A DNA stretch of 35,020 bases from positions 1-35,020 of the forward strand of contig NZKB01000017.1 of assembly GCA_002692425.1 (NCBI GenBank), read 5' to 3'. Source of the stretch: Gammaproteobacteria bacterium. GTDB lineage: Bacteria > Pseudomonadota > Gammaproteobacteria > Magnimaribacterales > TMED112. The position numbers and the translations under genes are program-made. This document shows positions 30,732-35,020 of this stretch, one piece after another (positions within the stretch are counted from its first letter, which is position 1; every line of letters starts with the position of its first letter). The notes below the pieces were generated by a model. That model saw only the letters and a list, made by a program, of their open reading frames with translations. It did no database searches and was not told the origin of the DNA.

Positions 30732-31138
30732 TATTTATGACTCTCCAAATCGATTTGATATTTCTCGTTTAATAAATAGATAAAGCTTTCCCAATTTAAG
30801 TCCACAAGTTTACTTGTATCAGATAACTGTTCATTCAAGTTTTTAACCATTACTCTTACTCTAATAGGTTTATTATCAAATTTATAAACTAAGGCCGGAA
30901 ATTCTCCATCACCATTAACACCTAGAACTTGATCCCACCAAGCAGTCGCTGGCTCAAAACCTTTTTTGTAAGCTTTACATTCTATATTCCACCTTCCAAT
31001 TTTTAAGTCTGGGTGATTTTTTTCTTGGTACTGATTCAGTATTCTTCTAACTGGTTTGAGAAGATTTAGGTCCTCTTGCAACTTCTTGGCAATTTTTCTT
31101 TCGAAATCATGTCCTTTTTTTCTTTGGTTAATTGTCAT
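30731..31138 (-). CDS. PD-(D/E)xK nuclease, putative Hjc/phage-type Holliday junction resolvase
   Basis: N-terminal KKGHDFER (E13), PD44, E53-C-K55, then WWDQ...PALVYKFD; 135 aa; occupies the ruvCAB position. Confidence 0.8.
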   Translation of the reverse strand: MTINQRKKGHDFERKIAKKLQEDLNLLKPVRRILNQYQEKNHPDLKIGRWNIECKAYKKGFEPATAWWDQVLGVNGDGEFPALVYKFDNKPIRVRVMVKNLNEQLSDTSKLVDLNWESFIYLLNEKYQIDLESHK

Positions 31139-31875
31139 GATTTAAAAACCGATTCGTCTAGATCAGCGTTTGTGAAAACTTCCTGAACATCATCAAGATC
31201 TTCAATTGCATCAGTCAATTTCATATTTTTTTCAGATTGTTCAAAGTCCAGAGGAATATTTGTCTCAGTTTCCATAATTATCTCAGATGCTTCAATTATA
31301 AAATTATCTGACTCTAACTTTTCTTTCAAGCTTGTTAAATCTTTTGGTTCACAAACAATCTCAGTTTTACTGCCATCAAATTCATTAATATCATTCGCTC
31401 CATTTTCAGCTGCGATTTCATATAGTTTTTCATCTGATAAATCTGAATCTATCAATAATTTTCCTTTGGCTTCAAATAGATATGCAACACTACCTGATGT
31501 ACCAAGATTTCCGCCATATTTTGTAAACGCGTGTCTTATTTCCGAAACGGTTCTGTTTTTATTATCTGTTAAAGTTTTGATAAAGACCGCTACACCTCCA
31601 GGAGCATATCCTTCATAAATTACTTCCTCTAAGTTTTGACCCTCTTGGCCTCCTGCTCCTCTTTGAATTGCTCTGTTGATTGTGTCTTTTGTCATATTAG
31701 CTGAAAGGGCTTTATCGTAGGCAAGCCTTAATCTCGGATTATCTTCAACAATTGGACCACCATCTTTTGCTGCAACAGTAAGTTCTCTAATTATCTTTGT
31801 AAAGACCGCACCTCTTTTTGCATCCTGTCTTGCTTTTCTGTGTTTTATATTTGCCCATTTGGAATGCCCTGCCAT
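31135..31875 (-). CDS. yebC: YebC/PmpR family protein
   Basis: MAGHSKWANIKHRK, YEGYAPGG, TDNKNRT, DLDDVQEVFTN. Confidence 0.97.
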   Translation of the reverse strand: MAGHSKWANIKHRKARQDAKRGAVFTKIIRELTVAAKDGGPIVEDNPRLRLAYDKALSANMTKDTINRAIQRGAGGQEGQNLEEVIYEGYAPGGVAVFIKTLTDNKNRTVSEIRHAFTKYGGNLGTSGSVAYLFEAKGKLLIDSDLSDEKLYEIAAENGANDINEFDGSKTEIVCEPKDLTSLKEKLESDNFIIEASEIIMETETNIPLDFEQSEKNMKLTDAIEDLDDVQEVFTNADLDESVFKS

Positions 31876-33635
31876 TAATCCTCCTTTCTTAAAATATGAA
31901 GCTCGTCAAGGCTTTCATCTGTAACGGATCCAGGTGCATCTGTTAACAAACATAGTGCTGATTGAGTCTTTGGAAAGGCTATAACATCTCTAATTGATTC
32001 GGCTCCAACCATTAACATAGCTAGCCTATCAAGGCCAAATGCTATCCCTCCATGTGGTGGACAACCTGTTGTTAAGGTTTTTAAAAAGAAACCAAATTTT
32101 GTCTGTGCTTCTGCTTCAGATAATCCAAGTAATTGAAAGACTTTTTCCTGAAGAGTTTTGTTATGAATACGAATAGATCCTCCACCAATTTCCACTCCAT
32201 TTATGACCATGTCATAAGCTTTCGAATTAATTTCTAAAGGATTTAATTCATCAAGCTTTTCAAGATCTGTTTCGACCGGACATGTGAATGGATGATGCAA
32301 AGAAGTTAAAGTTCCATCCGAAGCTTCCTCAAACATTGGAAATTCAGTAATCCAACAAGCTGTAAAATCACCCTTCAAAAGATCTAAATCGTCACCAATT
32401 TTAGTTATGAGTCGACTCATATAGTCATTCACAATCTTTTCTTTGCCAGCTCCAAAAAATATTAAGTCACCTTTTTTGACTTTCAAAGTAGTCATAATAT
32501 TTGTTAAGCATTCTTCAGAAAGATATTTAAGAATAGGTGATGCAAGGCTTGAAACATTATCGCCCTCAACTTTTATATAAGCTAAACCTTTTGCTCCAAA
32601 TTCTTTGACAAAATCTGTATATCTGTCGATTTGTCCTCTACCAATTTTTTGACCCTCAGGTACTACTAGTGCAGCAATTCTTGAGTCCTTGTCGTTTGCC
32701 GGATCTGAGAAAACTTTGAATTCCTCTTTTTTAAAAGTGTCTGACAACTCAATAAGTTGCAGAGGATTTCTTAGGTCAGGTTTATCACACCCATATCTCT
32801 CCATAGCATCATGCCATTTTAATTTTGGCAACTTATTAAGTTTTTTATTTAGAATTTTCTTGAATGATACACTTATCATTTCCTCCGCAAAACTCATTAC
32901 GTCTTTCTCCTCTACAAATGATGCCTCAATATCAATCTGTGAAAACTCAGGCTGTCTATCAGCTCTAAGATCCTCATCTCTAAAACATCTAGCAATCTGG
33001 TAATATCTATCAAAACCAGAAATCATTAACATTTGTTTGAATAATTGTGGTGATTGAGGAAGAGCGAAAAAATTACCCGCACTCGTTCTGCTTGGAACTA
33101 GATAATCTCTCGCACCTTCTGGAGTAGCTTTAGTTAATATGGGAGTTTCTATATCTACAAAATTGTTATTCTCTAAATAATCTCTAACAGATTTTGTCAG
33201 GCTGGATTTTAATCTTAAATTACTTTGCATCTCAGGTCTCCTGAGATCTAAAGTTCTGTTTTTTAATCTTACGTCCTCACCAACTTCTGATGATTGATCA
33301 AGTGGAAATGCAGGTGTCTCTGCCTCATTAAGTAATTCAATTGAACTGCATTTAATTTCAATGTCACCCGTTGTTAATTGATCATTTTGAGAATCTTCAG
33401 GCCTCCCTTCAACTTGCCCGAATGCCTTGATAACATACTCAGACCTTATATCTTCTGCTATCTTGAAAGCTTGTTCATTTTCAGGATTTACAACAACTTG
33501 AACAATCCCAGTACTATCTCTTACATCAAGAAAAATCACACCACCATGATCTCTTCTTCTATGGATCCATCCACAAATAGTTACTTCTTCGTTGAGATTT
33601 TTAATATTTAAATTACCACAATGATGACTTCTCAT
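31875..33635 (-). CDS. aspS: Aspartate--tRNA ligase (likely non-discriminating)
   Basis: RRDHGGVIF, TPEGARDY, LPQSPQLFKQ, FRDEDLRADRQPEF, PPHGGIAFGLDR. Confidence 0.98.
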   Translation of the reverse strand: MRSHHCGNLNIKNLNEEVTICGWIHRRRDHGGVIFLDVRDSTGIVQVVVNPENEQAFKIAEDIRSEYVIKAFGQVEGRPEDSQNDQLTTGDIEIKCSSIELLNEAETPAFPLDQSSEVGEDVRLKNRTLDLRRPEMQSNLRLKSSLTKSVRDYLENNNFVDIETPILTKATPEGARDYLVPSRTSAGNFFALPQSPQLFKQMLMISGFDRYYQIARCFRDEDLRADRQPEFSQIDIEASFVEEKDVMSFAEEMISVSFKKILNKKLNKLPKLKWHDAMERYGCDKPDLRNPLQLIELSDTFKKEEFKVFSDPANDKDSRIAALVVPEGQKIGRGQIDRYTDFVKEFGAKGLAYIKVEGDNVSSLASPILKYLSEECLTNIMTTLKVKKGDLIFFGAGKEKIVNDYMSRLITKIGDDLDLLKGDFTACWITEFPMFEEASDGTLTSLHHPFTCPVETDLEKLDELNPLEINSKAYDMVINGVEIGGGSIRIHNKTLQEKVFQLLGLSEAEAQTKFGFFLKTLTTGCPPHGGIAFGLDRLAMLMVGAESIRDVIAFPKTQSALCLLTDAPGSVTDESLDELHILRKED

Positions 33636-33705
33636 TTTTTTAAGATCCTTTTTAAATAATATTTACCTTATTATCGCTGGATTGAAGGTTTTTTTAGTCT
33701 TTAAG

Positions 33706-33885
33706 TTAAAAATCTATCTAATTCCAGCAGCTGCCTTATATTTTAAATTCTGAAGCAGATGGTAATTTTAACACTTTAGTGGATTTGTTACATTTAATGC
33801 ATTCTTTAAGAGCTATTTCACTTATTTCTTGAAAAACTTCAAAGTTTAAATTACATACTTCGTAATAATACTGCTAAATGGGCAT
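33706..33885 (-). pseudogene. FmdB-family zinc-ribbon protein pseudogene
   Basis: Hand translation from ATG 33885: MPI*QYYYEVCNLNFEVFQEISEIALKECIKCNKSTKVLKLPSASEFKI*GSCWN*IDF*, matching the FmdB pattern MPIYEY.C..C...FE..Q..S...L..C..C...SA..F.LKGSGWY.TDF. Confidence 0.8.
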
Positions 33886-33904
33886 AATCCTTACTAAATT
33901 ACCA

Positions 33905-33921
33905 TATAATTAATCCAGGAG
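33905..33921 (+). promoter_or_regulatory. -10 box and Shine-Dalgarno of proS
   Basis: TATAAT at 33905-33910 and AGGAG at 33917-33921, 6 nt before GTG 33928. Confidence 0.65.
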
Positions 33922-33927
33922 ATTATA

Positions 33928-35020
33928 GTGTATTTCTCAAAATTATTCGTCCCTACAACAAGGCAAGATCCATCAGATGCTGAATTAATAAGCCATAAAC
34001 TAATGGTTAGAAGCGGTATGATTAAAAAAACTGCTGCAGGGATTTATAATTGGCTGCCACTCGGATATAAAGTACTAAAAAAAGTCGAGAATATAGTCAG
34101 AAAAAATCTTGATGGTTTCGGGGCGCAAGAAATATTAATGCCTATGGTTCAACCAGCCGAATTATGGAAAGAGTCACTTAGGTTTGATCAGTATGGTAAA
34201 GAACTTTTAAAGTTTAAAGATAGGTCAAATAGAGATTTTGTTTTGGGGCCAACACATGAAGAAATAATCTGTGAAATTTTTAGAAGTTACCCTATAAGCT
34301 ACAAAGAGCTTCCAATTAATTTATACCAAATTCAAACAAAATTTAGAGATGAAATACGCCCAAGATTTGGTGTTATGAGATCTAGGGAGTTTTTGATGAA
34401 GGATGCGTATAGCTTTGATATCGATGAAAAGGACATGGAGAAGAGTTATGAAAATATGAAAGAAGCTTATATTAGCACCTTTGACGATATAGGTTTAGAT
34501 TATCGGATTGTAAAAGCAGATGCTGGCAATATTGGTGGCGATGTGAGCGAGGAATTTCATATTATTGCTAACTCTGGTGAAGATTTATTGGCAATTTGTG
34601 ACTCAAGTGATTTTGCTGCAAATGTTGAAGTTTTAGAGTATGAGAAAGACCCAAGCGAATTAGATGGAAAGCCGTCACCAGACGGTAAAGGAAAGTTAGT
34701 TATTAAAAGAGGTATTGAAGTCGGACATATTTTTCAACTCGGTCAAAAATATAGTGAAAAGATGTCTGTATCAATTAAAGACTCATCTGGACAAGGTATA
34801 GATGTATTCATGGGTTGCTATGGGATAGGTATATCAAGAATAGTTGCTGCAGCCATTGAACAAAATCACGATGACAGAGGAATAATATGGCCATATGCGA
34901 TCGCTCCTTTTCACGTAAATATAATCTGTCTCGATCCTAAAAAGGATGAAGTACTAAAGGAGTGTGAAAGTGTTTATCAGATACTTAAAGATGCAGGTCA
35001 TGATGTTCTTTTAGACGATA
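33928..35020 (+). CDS. proS: Proline--tRNA ligase lacking the INS editing domain (3' end beyond the window)
   Basis: Not in the ORF track. Hand translation: [10 protein letters not shown]...[10 protein letters not shown]...LGPTHEE...[30 protein letters not shown]...[12 protein letters not shown]...[10 protein letters not shown]...IAPF. Confidence 0.97.
   Translation, partial: MYFSKLFVPTTRQDPSDAELISHKLMVRSGMIKKTAAGIYNWLPLGYKVLKKVENIVRKNLDGFGAQEILMPMVQPAELWKESLRFDQYGKELLKFKDRSNRDFVLGPTHEEIICEIFRSYPISYKELPINLYQIQTKFRDEIRPRFGVMRSREFLMKDAYSFDIDEKDMEKSYENMKEAYISTFDDIGLDYRIVKADAGNIGGDVSEEFHIIANSGEDLLAICDSSDFAANVEVLEYEKDPSELDGKPSPDGKGKLVIKRGIEVGHIFQLGQKYSEKMSVSIKDSSGQGIDVFMGCYGIGISRIVAAAIEQNHDDRGIIWPYAIAPFHVNIICLDPKKDEVLKECESVYQILKDAGHDVLLDD

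Noticed and set aside
3343-33611. Short antisense or off-frame ORFs in the track (e.g. 3343-3603, 5240-5557, 5822-6349, 8176-8433, 16841-17155, 17960-18253, 32689-33003)
   Set aside because: They lie within well-supported genes and show no recognisable motifs; shadow ORFs.
33706-33885. Stop-codon reassignment explaining the FmdB-like frame
   Set aside because: TAA and TAG terminate neighbouring genes normally, the stops replace different residues, and a zinc Cys is also lost.

Overview
AT-rich, tightly packed chromosomal segment of a streamlined gammaproteobacterium (SAR86-like by inference from composition, gene order and compaction). Nearly all genes are on the minus strand. In transcription order: aspS-yebC-[Hjc-type nuclease]-tolQRAB-pal-cpoB-tRNA-Lys; an accessory block (large S8 protease lipoprotein, DUF3089 hydrolase, GPH/MFS transporter, nitroreductase, alpha/beta hydrolase); bepA, AI-2E transporter, bcp; dapA-bamC-purC; a reduced isc cluster; ndk-ispG-hisS-yfgM-bamB-der; sdhCDAB-sucA (partial). 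proS starts divergently at the right edge. Most notable: (1) a phage/archaeal-type PD-(D/E)xK Holliday-junction resolvase sits where ruvC-ruvA-ruvB normally lie; (2) the isc operon lacks iscR and hscBA, IscU has lost the LPPVK chaperone motif, and iscA runs into a start-less ferredoxin through homopolymer -1 frameshifts (apparent IscA-Fdx fusion); (3) ProRS has its INS editing domain cleanly deleted; (4) an unannotated FmdB zinc-ribbon pseudogene lies between aspS and proS.
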